Below, one piece after another: positions 19,795 through 29,624 of a stretch of DNA of 64,000 nt (its first letter is position 1; each line of letters opens with the position of its first letter). The DNA is from Oligoflexia bacterium (GTDB lineage: Bacteria > Bdellovibrionota > UBA1018), in NCBI GenBank assembly GCA_014376785.1, contig JACMQW010000082.1, positions 3,499 through 67,498 on the forward strand, given 5' to 3'. A program made the translations under genes and the position numbers. The notes under the pieces were generated by a model. The model did no database searches. It was not told where the DNA came from and saw only the letters and a program-made list of their open reading frames with translations.

Positions 19795-20331
19795 TCATCC
19801 CACGGGGGTGAGATCGTGTCTTTTTACTTCGCCATGCTCATACCAAGTCGCGCCTGTAAATGCTTTGCCGGCGAGAATGTACGGGATAAACGTACGGTCG
19901 CCGGCCCAGAGGTTTAGCACTAAGATCTCAGTGGTTTTTACCCAGTGCAGAGAACCCTCGGCGTTTTTTTCGGGTACGCTCAGAGCAGCCGACTCGTCGA
20001 CGCGCGCGCGGTAGAGCATGCACGACCAGTCTTCAGATTTGCGTGGCTTGAAGTTCGGGAACTGCAGAAATCCCGCGAATTTGAAAACTTCAGGAGCGAG
20101 TCGAAGGGTGGACTCTTCTTCCAATTCTCGAACCGCCGCTTCAAGGTAAGATTCGTCTGCTTCGCATTTACCACCCAAGCCGTTCCACTTGCCCGCATGG
20201 AAATCTCCCGGGCGATCCGCCGAGTCCCGATGAATCATTAATACGCGTTCGATCCCGTCGGAAAAATGACAAAAAACATAGATCAATACGGCCGGGATAT
20301 TTTTTCTGAGACCGGTTTCAAATGCGCTCAT
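19795..20331 (-). CDS. NUDIX hydrolase (MutT/MutX-like)
   Basis: KWNGLGGKCEADES...AAVRELEEES Nudix box; LWAGDR. Confidence 0.88.
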   Translation of the reverse strand: MSAFETGLRKNIPAVLIYVFCHFSDGIERVLMIHRDSADRPGDFHAGKWNGLGGKCEADESYLEAAVRELEEESTLRLAPEVFKFAGFLQFPNFKPRKSEDWSCMLYRARVDESAALSVPEKNAEGSLHWVKTTEILVLNLWAGDRTFIPYILAGKAFTGATWYEHGEVKRHDLTPVG

Positions 20332-20375
20332 CTTCCTTGCTGTACCACGGTCGGGTTCGACGTTAAAATAGAGGG

Positions 20376-21137
20376 ATGCTCAGGCTCACTCATTCGTCCC
20401 TCTTTTTTGCTTTTATGTTCTCGCTTTACTCGGTGAGTGCGAGCGCTGCGGATGCTCCTCAGGCGATCGGAACTCAGGAGGGTCGCTACTCTTGCCCTGA
20501 GACATTCGGTTCGCCGGCTCGCATGAGTCTATTACAGGCAAAAACTCGCTCGAAATGCCTTCTGGAGCTGCAACTTGGAGAGGTGACCGAGAAACTCGTC
20601 TCTGCCCATATAGACCGACAAAATATGATTTCAGTCTGGGGCGTCCCGAAGCGCATGAAGTTGCTCCCTAGCGATGCGAAACGAGTCTACCGACATTACT
20701 CTGCGAAAGCCCTTCCAGAGATTTTACACGAGAAGGTTCTTAAAAGTGGAGTCCGTCCGTACATCGATCCCACTCCGCATGAGCGGAGAGAATATCTAGA
20801 CCTAACGGGAGTGATGTTCACCACGCCGGAGTTTCCGCCCGAGGAACTTTGGATGGGAGTGAGCGCGAAAACCGATTGGGTGGAGTTTACGTTGACTTCC
20901 GACATCCCGGTTTGGGAATGCTCAAAAGGGAATTTACTCATTCCCGCCCAAGAAGATTTTCCGGATTGGATGAGAACAGCGTATTCATCCTTCGTAATGA
21001 CGGGGAAGCTTCCGATTGGCTATTCCGCGGATAAATTCCTTCAACTAAAGCAATCGGGTGGAATGCATGAACGCGCAGGCTTCCCGATCCAAATTCTCCG
21101 TCATCAGAAAGACGGAGTGATTCAACGCGAACTTTAG
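20376..21137 (+). CDS. secreted hypothetical protein, possible ADP-ribosyltransferase-like fold
   Basis: Signal peptide (ASA-ADA); YRHYS..L..IL....L / GVMFT / WVEF pattern. Confidence 0.6.
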   Translation: MLRLTHSSLFFAFMFSLYSVSASAADAPQAIGTQEGRYSCPETFGSPARMSLLQAKTRSKCLLELQLGEVTEKLVSAHIDRQNMISVWGVPKRMKLLPSDAKRVYRHYSAKALPEILHEKVLKSGVRPYIDPTPHERREYLDLTGVMFTTPEFPPEELWMGVSAKTDWVEFTLTSDIPVWECSKGNLLIPAQEDFPDWMRTAYSSFVMTGKLPIGYSADKFLQLKQSGGMHERAGFPIQILRHQKDGVIQREL

Positions 21138-21685
21138 AACCCGGAGAGTGTTTGGCGGAAATCTTGAATTTCTTTTAAGAGCCGAGATCGCACTTTCGGA
21201 GTGCAGGTGATCTGGTTCATCGTTAAGCCAAGTGTGATTCCGTGGATCGCGGTCGCGTATGCGCGACTCTTCCCATGCACATCGCGTTTACTGAGCAATG
21301 CCATGATGGGGCGGTATGTATCCTTATCGGGATCTAAGCCGCAGCTCTTTGCGGCTCCGGATGCGAAACCCACAGCGGCCATGGTTCGTTCCGCTGCCGC
21401 GTCGATGAGCGGTTTTAACTTTTCATCCGCAGACTCAGGCGCAAAATGCTTCAAATCGTCACCGACCATTTCGGTCATGTGATCGCGCGCGGTTTGAGTG
21501 ACTTTTTTCAATACGACGGGGGCACAGCAAAAAGCGTCGTCCCACGGAGTTTTAAAATGAGGCGGAAAAAGAGGCTCTGCAGCCGTTGCTGGTCTCGCAG
21601 CGGTTGCGAAAGCGAAGAGGGCAAAAAAGAGAACCGCCGCGAAACCCACCGACGCGAGCGGGATGGATACTTTAAACAGCATCAT
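21134..21685 (-). CDS. secreted hypothetical protein
   Basis: Hydrophobic signal peptide; overlaps the prfC stop, suggesting coupling. Confidence 0.65.
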   Translation of the reverse strand: MMLFKVSIPLASVGFAAVLFFALFAFATAARPATAAEPLFPPHFKTPWDDAFCCAPVVLKKVTQTARDHMTEMVGDDLKHFAPESADEKLKPLIDAAAERTMAAVGFASGAAKSCGLDPDKDTYRPIMALLSKRDVHGKSRAYATAIHGITLGLTMNQITCTPKVRSRLLKEIQDFRQTLSGF

Positions 21686-23361
21686 TTCTTCTTCCCGGTC
21701 CCACGAACTTCCGGAGCGGTCGTCACAAATTGTAATGTCTTATGATTTTCTACCGCCCAGCGAAGCGACCAATCCGATTTGAAGAGGATGACGGGTTGTC
21801 CGTCCCGGTCCTCCATGCAACGAGTGTCTTCGCGGCGATCGAATTCTTCAGCTTTCAGATCAGGTCCCACTACCCAGCGAGCATGGATGAAGTTGTGCTT
21901 TTCGATTTTCGTGTCGACGCCGTACTCGCCCAGGAGCCGATGCTGCAACACTTCAAACTGAAGCGCCCCGACTGCACCGAGGACGGGATCTTTATCACCC
22001 ATCCCGCGTTGGCGGTAGATCTGGACAACTCCCTCTTCAGAGAGTTGTTCTAGGCCTTTTTGAAGCTGCTTTCGCTTCATCGGATCTTTAATCACCACTC
22101 CTGCGAAATGCTCCGGACTAAAGCGCGGAACACCTTGGTATTCGAATGCCTTGAAGCCGTTTCCAGTGGAACAGAAAGTGTCTCCGATTCGAAGTTCGCC
22201 GGTCGTGTCGAGCATGCCAACGATGTCGCCGGGCCATGCTTCGTCGATGATCACGCGTTCTTGAGCAAAGAAGTTCAAGGGCTTTGAGAGTTTTACTTTT
22301 TTCTCGAGGCGGGCATGGGTGACTTCCATGTTGCGCTCGAATTTTCCTGAGCAGATGCGCATGAAGGCGACGCGGTCGCGGTGCATCGGGTCCATGTTCG
22401 CTTGAATCTTAAAAATAAATCCAGAGAACTGATCGGACGTCGGAGAGATGGTTTTTTTCCCTTCGTCCCCGGCAACTTCGCGAGCCACCGGTCTCGGTGC
22501 GAGTTCGATAAAGCGCTGAAGAAAGCGCTCCACTCCGAAATTATTCATCGCTGAACCAAAGAAAACCGGAGTGAGCTTTCCTGCGAGGACTTGGGCGTGA
22601 TCGAAAGGATCACCCGCGAATTCGAGGAGTTCGATCTCTTCCTTAAATTGGTCGTAGAGAACCTTTGCTTCGTCGAGGTCGTCGCGGGGGCCGCTCAGCG
22701 ATTTTAAAAGTTCAGGATCGGACGCACTGGAAAATTTCTTCGCTTCTAACCGACCGGACTGATTTGCGATTCCACCGGTGTTGAAGACCATGAATTCGTT
22801 CGACAAGCGGTCGTACACACCGCGGAAGCGGTCTCCCGATCCGATTGGCCAAGCCATCGGACAAGAGCGGATGCCGAGTACTTTTTCAAGTTCATCCAGC
22901 AGATCGAGGGGTTCGCGAGACGGACGATCAAACTTATTAATGAAGGTGAAGATCGGGAGCCCCCGCATTCGGCAGACTTCGAAAAGTTTTCGCGTTTGGG
23001 GTTCGACGCCTTTGGCCGCATCGATGAGCATGACGGCTGCGTCGGCAGCGGTGAGGGTGCGGTAGGTGTCTTCGGAGAAGTCTTTGTGCCCGGGAGTGTC
23101 GAGCAGGTTAATCTGGTCGCCCCCATAGTCGAACTGGAGGACGGAAGTAGAGATCGAAATCCCTCTTTGCTTTTCAAGCTCCATCCAGTCGGAAGTCGTA
23201 TTCTTTTGGTTCTTCTTCGCTTTCACGGCGCCGGCTAAGTGGATGGCTCCGCCGTAAAGCAGCAGTTTCTCGGTGAGCGTCGTTTTACCGGCGTCTGGGT
23301 GGGAAATGATCGCAAACGTCCGGCGGCGATCGACTTCTTTTTCAATATTCGGGATAGACAT
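21682..23361 (-). CDS. prfC: peptide chain release factor 3
   Basis: RRRTFAIISHPDAGKTT, DTPGHKDFSEDTYR, FKIQANMDP.HRDR, GAVGALQFEV. Confidence 0.98.
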   Translation of the reverse strand: MSIPNIEKEVDRRRTFAIISHPDAGKTTLTEKLLLYGGAIHLAGAVKAKKNQKNTTSDWMELEKQRGISISTSVLQFDYGGDQINLLDTPGHKDFSEDTYRTLTAADAAVMLIDAAKGVEPQTRKLFEVCRMRGLPIFTFINKFDRPSREPLDLLDELEKVLGIRSCPMAWPIGSGDRFRGVYDRLSNEFMVFNTGGIANQSGRLEAKKFSSASDPELLKSLSGPRDDLDEAKVLYDQFKEEIELLEFAGDPFDHAQVLAGKLTPVFFGSAMNNFGVERFLQRFIELAPRPVAREVAGDEGKKTISPTSDQFSGFIFKIQANMDPMHRDRVAFMRICSGKFERNMEVTHARLEKKVKLSKPLNFFAQERVIIDEAWPGDIVGMLDTTGELRIGDTFCSTGNGFKAFEYQGVPRFSPEHFAGVVIKDPMKRKQLQKGLEQLSEEGVVQIYRQRGMGDKDPVLGAVGALQFEVLQHRLLGEYGVDTKIEKHNFIHARWVVGPDLKAEEFDRREDTRCMEDRDGQPVILFKSDWSLRWAVENHKTLQFVTTAPEVRGTGKKK

Positions 23362-23511
23362 GAGAGTCGCACCTTAACGGAAACGCCCTGGCCCTGCATA
23401 GAAAAAGGCGAGGGAAAGTTATTGACGCATAGCGATCAGAGCGATAATCAACCGCGGAACCCTGAATCTTCTTCCCCACCAACGTTTTACCGCTACTGCG
23501 GCCGAGGTTTT

Positions 23512-23949
23512 ATGAACACTCTTTTAACTGCTCTCGTTGCTTTCAGTTCCCTATCCGCCGTTGCAAACAGCGGTGGGATCCAGTGTGTCCAGCCTGCGAA
23601 CGCCCACTTTGTGAATAACAATGGAGCCACTTTCACTCTGACTCCTTCTACCGCCGGCCATTACAAAGCGAAAATCGTGCAGTCGGCGAACCGCTGGGAT
23701 TCTTCGGTTAAATCCGAAATCTCGCTCGAAAACTTAGTTTGCACCTTCTCGACTTCTTCAGCGGTCGTGTTTTCTTGCTCTGAAGATGTGAGAGATGTCG
23801 ATACCGAGACTTCCACTTTGACTTCCCATAACGCCGTGAACGTCCAAACCGGTGAAAGCGTTTCCATCACCGCGCGCTCGATCACTGCAAAAGGGCAGCT
23901 CGATACGACCGTCGTCGAATTTGCGCTCAGCGCTTGCCAGTCGAAATAA
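23512..23949 (+). CDS. small secreted hypothetical protein
   Basis: GAGG RBS before ATG 23512; MNTLLTALVAFSSLSAVA signal; four Cys; followed by terminator. Confidence 0.75.
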   Translation: MNTLLTALVAFSSLSAVANSGGIQCVQPANAHFVNNNGATFTLTPSTAGHYKAKIVQSANRWDSSVKSEISLENLVCTFSTSSAVVFSCSEDVRDVDTETSTLTSHNAVNVQTGESVSITARSITAKGQLDTTVVEFALSACQSK

Positions 23950-23973
23950 GACATTCTGACCATTCTGGAAAGT

Positions 23974-24011
23974 CGGGCGGTTTCCTCAGGGAGACCGCCC
24001 GCTTTCTTTTT
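23974..24011 (+). terminator. Rho-independent terminator
   Basis: CGGGCGGTTTCC-loop-GGAGACCGCCCG followed by T-rich tail. Confidence 0.8.
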
Positions 24012-24052
24012 GAGATACCGCGATTCGATGAAACTTCCGAATCTCGGGCAGG

Positions 24053-26860
24053 CTAAATTCCCATGGCTTCGATTTTCATGAGGATCTCGTCCCGGGTTCC
24101 GCCCTTTACGGGAATCGGTTCGAGCGCGGCTGTGACATGCTTCTGGGAAGGCGCACTCCAACCGTGAAATCGCGGATCGAAGACCACCACGGCGCCCCGG
24201 TCTTCGACGCTACGAATGAGTCGTCCGACTCGTTGCTTTAGCCAGATCATTCGCAGCGGGAAGTCGTAATCAAACAGCCCAAACCGTGTGCGCGCTTTTC
24301 GGGCTTCCGCCAAAGGACCGCGGGTCATCGATTCGTTCATCTTCTCAACGATCACGCATGCCAGTTGCCGACCCGGAATGTCGATTCCTTCGCCATAACG
24401 CTCGCTGCCGATCAAGACCGCGCGTTCGGTGTTTCGAAACGCATCGATCGCGCGTCGGTCACTCACAGAATCGAAAACCTGGATGCCTTGTTTTTCCAGC
24501 CGCTCACGCAGAATTTCAGCCGCATATTTCAACCGGTGATTTGCGGTCATCAGAAGCATCGTCCGTCCACCCAGAATTTGGGCGACGTTTTCGGTAAAGC
24601 CGATGATGGCGTCTAAGTGTGCAGGGGTTCCCGGGGCGGAAACATCGGAAGGGAAAAAAGCTGTCGCTTGTTTTGCGAGCGGGTAGGGGGAGGGCAGCGA
24701 GACAAACGGTCTCGTGAGTTCCAGTCCGATTCGGTCGGTGATAAAGGTTGGATTTGCTCCGCTAGAAAGCGTGGCGGAAGTGAGCGTAATGGAGCGTGCC
24801 TCTTCGAAAAATTCCGTCGAGAGACTCTTCACTTCGACGGGCGAAATTCTTAGCCGCCATACATTCTCCCGAGGATTCCAATAGAGGAGGCGGAGCGAGT
24901 TTAAATTGGAGTCAGAATCCTGCGTGGCCAAGACGAGAGCTTCTTCGTATTCCTTCATGGAATTTGCGTGCAATTGGAGGACGTCCGCGGCGGGGTCAGT
25001 GCGAAGGGGGCCCGTTTTAACCGCCTCCACTGCTGTCGCTAATCGTTCGGCGCAGGCACTCACGGCGGCTGAGAGGTGAAGCAGGCCCCTGAAGAGCGGA
25101 TCTTTCCCGTGTTTTGAAAGGTCTAGAAAATCCTCATAACCTCCGGTGTCTCGCCCGCCTTTTTTCGTTAGGGCTGCGGGAATGAGAATCGTCAATTCCC
25201 TCATTCGTGTCTGGATCGGTTTCAAATAATCTTCGAGGGTTTCTTCGCCCGCAAGCCCCTTTGGAAGGCTGATCGAGGTGAGCAATCGGCGGATTCGACT
25301 CCCATCGGTTACTTTTTTCGAGCGTGATGTGGCCGTCAATCGCTCCAGATCATAAGCCAAATCGAGTTCGGTGAGGGAAAGGGTGAACGCTTCAGTCAGT
25401 TGGTCTTCGAGGTGGTGCGCTTCATCGAACACGATGTCTCTGATTTTAGGCAAGTGCTCTGGCCAATGGAATACGAGCGCATGGTTTGCGATCACAACTT
25501 CGCTCTGATGCGCGATACGAGCGGAATCGAAATAATGGCAGGCTTTGTAGAAGGTGCAAGGCGGACCTTTGGTTGTCGTGTAGTGCGCTTTCACACGTTC
25601 AATAAATCCATTCATCGCACTGAACCGGATGCGGAGGTACATTGAGACCCGGTCTAGCTCCGCTACTCGAATCTTTCCCGTGCTGGATGCTTTCGCGAGC
25701 GACACGATAAAAGCCGCGCAGTAGCGCTCCTCGATCGCCGCTTCATTTTCACCCTCGGGCAAAAGAAGGCATTCTTGATGGAGTTTACGAAGGCAGAGGT
25801 AGTTTTCCTGACCTTTCACAGTCGTTGCGGAAAGCACGGCACTTCCGGAGGTCTCTCCTAAAAGCTTAGAAACGAGGGGAATGTCTTTTTCAAGAAGTTG
25901 GTCTTGGAGGGCTTTGGAGTGGGTGGAGATGATCAGTGGACTGCCGGTCTGCTTCGCGGCCATCACTCCGGGGACGAGGTAGGCGACCGATTTTCCGGTT
26001 CCCGTGGGCGCTTCGATCGCAACCCGCTCACCGGTTTCGAGAGCGGAGCGAATTCGTTCGGACATTTGAAACTGGCTATCTCGGTAAGAGAACGCAGCCG
26101 TGTCTGGTTTTCGCTCTCCGTGTAAAACGGACTTTAAATCCGTTAAGGGAATTTCGATTTTTTCGGGATTGGTTTTCTCATCGTCTTTTTTCTCGAAATC
26201 CCGAAGGTCGCCGAGGAAAGGGCGATCCATCAAGAGGTCGATCAGGGTTTGTTTCTTCTCAAAATTCTCGCCGCTTTCCGCGAAGTACCACGACCACCAC
26301 CATTCCAAAAGAAAGTGGTCCACGATGGTGCTCATCCAGGGGCGCTCTCGCTCCTTCCATTCATGAGCGAAGACCAGAATTTTTAAGAGATCGACGCAAT
26401 CTTTATCCGCCCGGTGCGCGTTCTCGAAATCGACTCCTGCCCATTTCCGCAGGTTTTCCATGGAGTGAGAATGAGCATCGGGAAGAAGAAGCGCGAGCGG
26501 ATCGATCGAGTTGTGAACGGTAAAAATGAGGCCTGAGACGAGCGGAGACAGTTTGGCGTCGAGAAAACCCTGCTCGAGCTGAGAATTATGGGCAACAATC
26601 GGGGCGTCGCCTAAGAATTCTGCGAAGGCAGTTGCTACGTCTTCAAATGAAGGAGCGCGGCTAACCATCTCGTCCGTGATTCCGGTCAGTTCGCTAATAA
26701 GAGCCGGTATGGGGGAAAGGGGACGAACGAGCGTGTGGTAGCGGCCCACTTCTTCGAACCCGACCACTCGAATCGCGCCGATCTCGATGATTTCACAGCT
26801 TGCGGGATCGAGTCCGGTCGTTTCGAAATCGAGCAGAATATAGGTCGGTGGAGTGCTCAT
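24053..26860 (-). CDS. dinG: DnaQ-like exonuclease fused to DinG/YoaA-family helicase
   Basis: DFETTG and HRADKD (DEDDh); EAPTGTGKS, DEAHH, EGIDIPG, QRVGRLIR. Confidence 0.9.
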   Translation of the reverse strand: MSTPPTYILLDFETTGLDPASCEIIEIGAIRVVGFEEVGRYHTLVRPLSPIPALISELTGITDEMVSRAPSFEDVATAFAEFLGDAPIVAHNSQLEQGFLDAKLSPLVSGLIFTVHNSIDPLALLLPDAHSHSMENLRKWAGVDFENAHRADKDCVDLLKILVFAHEWKERERPWMSTIVDHFLLEWWWSWYFAESGENFEKKQTLIDLLMDRPFLGDLRDFEKKDDEKTNPEKIEIPLTDLKSVLHGERKPDTAAFSYRDSQFQMSERIRSALETGERVAIEAPTGTGKSVAYLVPGVMAAKQTGSPLIISTHSKALQDQLLEKDIPLVSKLLGETSGSAVLSATTVKGQENYLCLRKLHQECLLLPEGENEAAIEERYCAAFIVSLAKASSTGKIRVAELDRVSMYLRIRFSAMNGFIERVKAHYTTTKGPPCTFYKACHYFDSARIAHQSEVVIANHALVFHWPEHLPKIRDIVFDEAHHLEDQLTEAFTLSLTELDLAYDLERLTATSRSKKVTDGSRIRRLLTSISLPKGLAGEETLEDYLKPIQTRMRELTILIPAALTKKGGRDTGGYEDFLDLSKHGKDPLFRGLLHLSAAVSACAERLATAVEAVKTGPLRTDPAADVLQLHANSMKEYEEALVLATQDSDSNLNSLRLLYWNPRENVWRLRISPVEVKSLSTEFFEEARSITLTSATLSSGANPTFITDRIGLELTRPFVSLPSPYPLAKQATAFFPSDVSAPGTPAHLDAIIGFTENVAQILGGRTMLLMTANHRLKYAAEILRERLEKQGIQVFDSVSDRRAIDAFRNTERAVLIGSERYGEGIDIPGRQLACVIVEKMNESMTRGPLAEARKARTRFGLFDYDFPLRMIWLKQRVGRLIRSVEDRGAVVVFDPRFHGWSAPSQKHVTAALEPIPVKGGTRDEILMKIEAMGI

Positions 26861-26965
26861 AGGCGGCGGGTGTCTCAAAAACCCTAGTGAAAAGAAAGAC
26901 TTATGCGGCGCGTTTAATTGTTAATCGAATTAGTCAACTATAAGGGTTCTCCGACAAGTATTTAG

Positions 26966-27433
26966 ATGGAAAAAGAGCTGAAATCTAAAATGGGGACTGT
27001 CGCCGTCATTCTGACCGGAGACTCAGGTGCAGAATGGGTGGAAACCTTTTCCGACGAGCGCGAGATCACGGCGCTGGAAATGGCTATTTTGTCGGGAAAT
27101 CCTTATCCCTTGCAGAAGGTTTACGAGTTTCGTGAGAATGCGGCGAAAGAAGACGAAGATTTTGGCGATTACGTCGAAGACCTTCTTTGCAAAAAAATCG
27201 TCCGTCCGGAAGTTCAGTCGCACGGCGTTGCATGGCTCCGTTCAAAATTAAAAATCGAACAATTCCGTCAGGAAGAAAAAGATGCCGCCGAAGTCATCGC
27301 TCACTTCGCGCTCGCGAAAATGACCGAAGATCCTGATTTGGAAGACTTTATTCTGGCCGCACCCGGGGTCCAAGTCAGAATCAGAATTTTCAAAGTCCGC
27401 TTAACGCCCGGTACGAGCGCGTCTGCAGCATAA
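26966..27433 (+). CDS. hypothetical protein (acidic, no signal peptide)
   Basis: 155-aa ORF divergent from dinG; no motif recognised. Confidence 0.65.
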   Translation: MEKELKSKMGTVAVILTGDSGAEWVETFSDEREITALEMAILSGNPYPLQKVYEFRENAAKEDEDFGDYVEDLLCKKIVRPEVQSHGVAWLRSKLKIEQFRQEEKDAAEVIAHFALAKMTEDPDLEDFILAAPGVQVRIRIFKVRLTPGTSASAA

Positions 27434-27569
27434 ACGCCGTCTCGCCCAGGCGGCTGCATCCCTAACCGAATCCTGACATTCAAGTCGGGCTTTCGGGTTG
27501 CTTTAGCGAATCCTCGCACGTATCCCCAAACCGTCTCGTAGTTGAGGGACTTAAATAAGGGGGCTTCTC

Positions 27570-28265
27570 GTGCTATCGATTTTGATTTCGATCGTGTTCT
27601 CATCCTTCCTGTTCGATTCTTCCAGTTCGTATGCATTTACGACGAACGCTAAAATGCCCGTCTGCATGCGCGGAACTCAAGAAATTCAAATTGATAATGC
27701 CCGTGTCATCGACATGAAGCAGAAAACTGCGAACCAATATCACGATCGTGGATTTGTTGAGGGCCGTGTTGCCATCCCTCCAACCGTTCAAGGCGATCAT
27801 GTCCATTTCTCACTCGCGATCGGACCTGCTAAAAAAGACACCGTCGAGATCATCTACAATTTCGACACCGACTTCGGCGAATTGGCTCAAGGAATTCGCA
27901 TGGGCGATACCGTCGTGGTTTGCGGAGATTACATCACTTCTAATGCTCCTGCAGGCGGATACCGCGCTTCTCCAGACGGAGCGCTCATTCACTGGACTCA
28001 TTGGAATCCAGCGACTCGCGCAGGCAGCATGAACCATGAGCATGGGTTCATCATGACTGGCTCGACGCTTTCCGGATTTGATCGCGCACCGGAAGGATCC
28101 TGGGATGGAACAGTGCTTCAGCCTCGCGGTGGAGTGAACCGACCAGAAAATGGGAATCACTCGGGCAACCGTGGTAAACGCAATGGTCCTCCGCAGCGGA
28201 AGAAACGCCACTACAACGGCGGCGGATCGATTTGCGGATCCCTGTCTGAGTGCGGCGGCTTCTAA
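27570..28265 (+). CDS. secreted DUF3465-like protein
   Basis: Signal peptide; GDHVHF, GDTVVVCGDY, IHWTH..P...HEHG. Confidence 0.7.
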   Translation: MLSILISIVFSSFLFDSSSSYAFTTNAKMPVCMRGTQEIQIDNARVIDMKQKTANQYHDRGFVEGRVAIPPTVQGDHVHFSLAIGPAKKDTVEIIYNFDTDFGELAQGIRMGDTVVVCGDYITSNAPAGGYRASPDGALIHWTHWNPATRAGSMNHEHGFIMTGSTLSGFDRAPEGSWDGTVLQPRGGVNRPENGNHSGNRGKRNGPPQRKKRHYNGGGSICGSLSECGGF

Positions 28266-28314
28266 CTAAAGGTTTGCCCACGAGTTTCGAATCGTGGCAT
28301 GAACGAGGGAATTC

Positions 28315-29535
28315 ATGAAGAACCCTGCTCATTTGCCCGAAGTGCTCCGAACGCGAGAACCGCTGAAGAGCTTGGCCGAAATCGAAGCCCTTGCGGCTGA
28401 ACTTTCTCGCCACGCGATCATTTCTTTCGATACCGAGTTCATTCGAGAAAATACGTTCTACCCATCGGTCGAATTGATTCAGGTCGGAACTCGTACGGAT
28501 TCGTGGTTAATCGATGCTCAAGCCTTTCGAGGCAAGAATATTTCCGCCCTGCGCCCGCTGCTCGATATTTTTGAGAATCCAAAGATTCTGAAAATTCTTC
28601 ATGCGGCGCAGGGCGATCAAGAATGCCTTTACACCAGCTATAAGATCGTCGCGAAGCCCTCCTTTGACACTGCTGTTGGTGCCGCACTCTGCGGATACGG
28701 AGATGGCATCGGACTCGGCAATTTGATGAAAGCTCTTCTCAACGTGAACCTTAAAAAGGGACACGCGCGCACCAACTGGGCCGCAAGGCCTCTCCCCGCG
28801 CAGTTGATTGAGTATGCGCACGCCGATGTCGAGCACCTCGTGGAAGCAGCGGAATTTTTGCTCGAGAAGTTGGATGAAACCGGTCGGCGTGCTTGGTCGC
28901 TTGAACTTTCTGCGAAGTGGGAAGATCCGGCACTTTACGAACCCGATGCCGAAGGCATGACGACGAAGCTTGCGAAGAGCGGACGGATGGACGCACGAAC
29001 TTACGGGACCTTGGTCGAACTCATGCGGTGGAGAGAAGACCGCGTCCGTTCTTTGAACCTTCCACGGCGCTGGGTGGCCGACGACCAAGTGCTGCTGGAT
29101 CTTGCGAACGTGAAGCCAAAAGACATCGAACACCTCTCCGCTTTTCGGGGCCTGAATAAAGGCGAGATGAAGGCGAGCGGTGAAAAAATCTTAGAGGCGA
29201 TTCGTCGGGGTGCGGATGCGAAAGACGGCCGCGCTCCGGATTCTCCGCGAATCGATCACCCGAGTTCAGATGAAAGCCAAGCTTTGGACTTGATGAAGAC
29301 CTACCTCGGCATTTTAGCCGACCGCGAGCGCATCGCCATGAAGCACCTCCTGACGACCGGACAACTCCTTCCTTTGCTTCGCGAAAAAGTTTCTGATCCG
29401 AAAGAATGGGTCGAGAAAAAACTGATGTCCGCCGAAGCCGCACGCCTGGTGGGGGGGGAACTTCACGCGATGTTAGAAGGAAAACGTGCGTTGTCGATTG
29501 AGGGTCGAAAAATTAAAATTGTTCCGATTGAATAG
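28315..29535 (+). CDS. rnd: ribonuclease D
   Basis: FDTEFIRENTFYP, HAAQGD, YAHADV, HRDC region. Confidence 0.93.
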   Translation: MKNPAHLPEVLRTREPLKSLAEIEALAAELSRHAIISFDTEFIRENTFYPSVELIQVGTRTDSWLIDAQAFRGKNISALRPLLDIFENPKILKILHAAQGDQECLYTSYKIVAKPSFDTAVGAALCGYGDGIGLGNLMKALLNVNLKKGHARTNWAARPLPAQLIEYAHADVEHLVEAAEFLLEKLDETGRRAWSLELSAKWEDPALYEPDAEGMTTKLAKSGRMDARTYGTLVELMRWREDRVRSLNLPRRWVADDQVLLDLANVKPKDIEHLSAFRGLNKGEMKASGEKILEAIRRGADAKDGRAPDSPRIDHPSSDESQALDLMKTYLGILADRERIAMKHLLTTGQLLPLLREKVSDPKEWVEKKLMSAEAARLVGGELHAMLEGKRALSIEGRKIKIVPIE

Positions 29536-29624
29536 CTATAGCAATAAATTTGTAAGTCATGGTCCCCCAACCGTCCGCTTAACGATATGAGCACCTCTTT
29601 TTTAGGGCTATTTCAGGAGTAATC

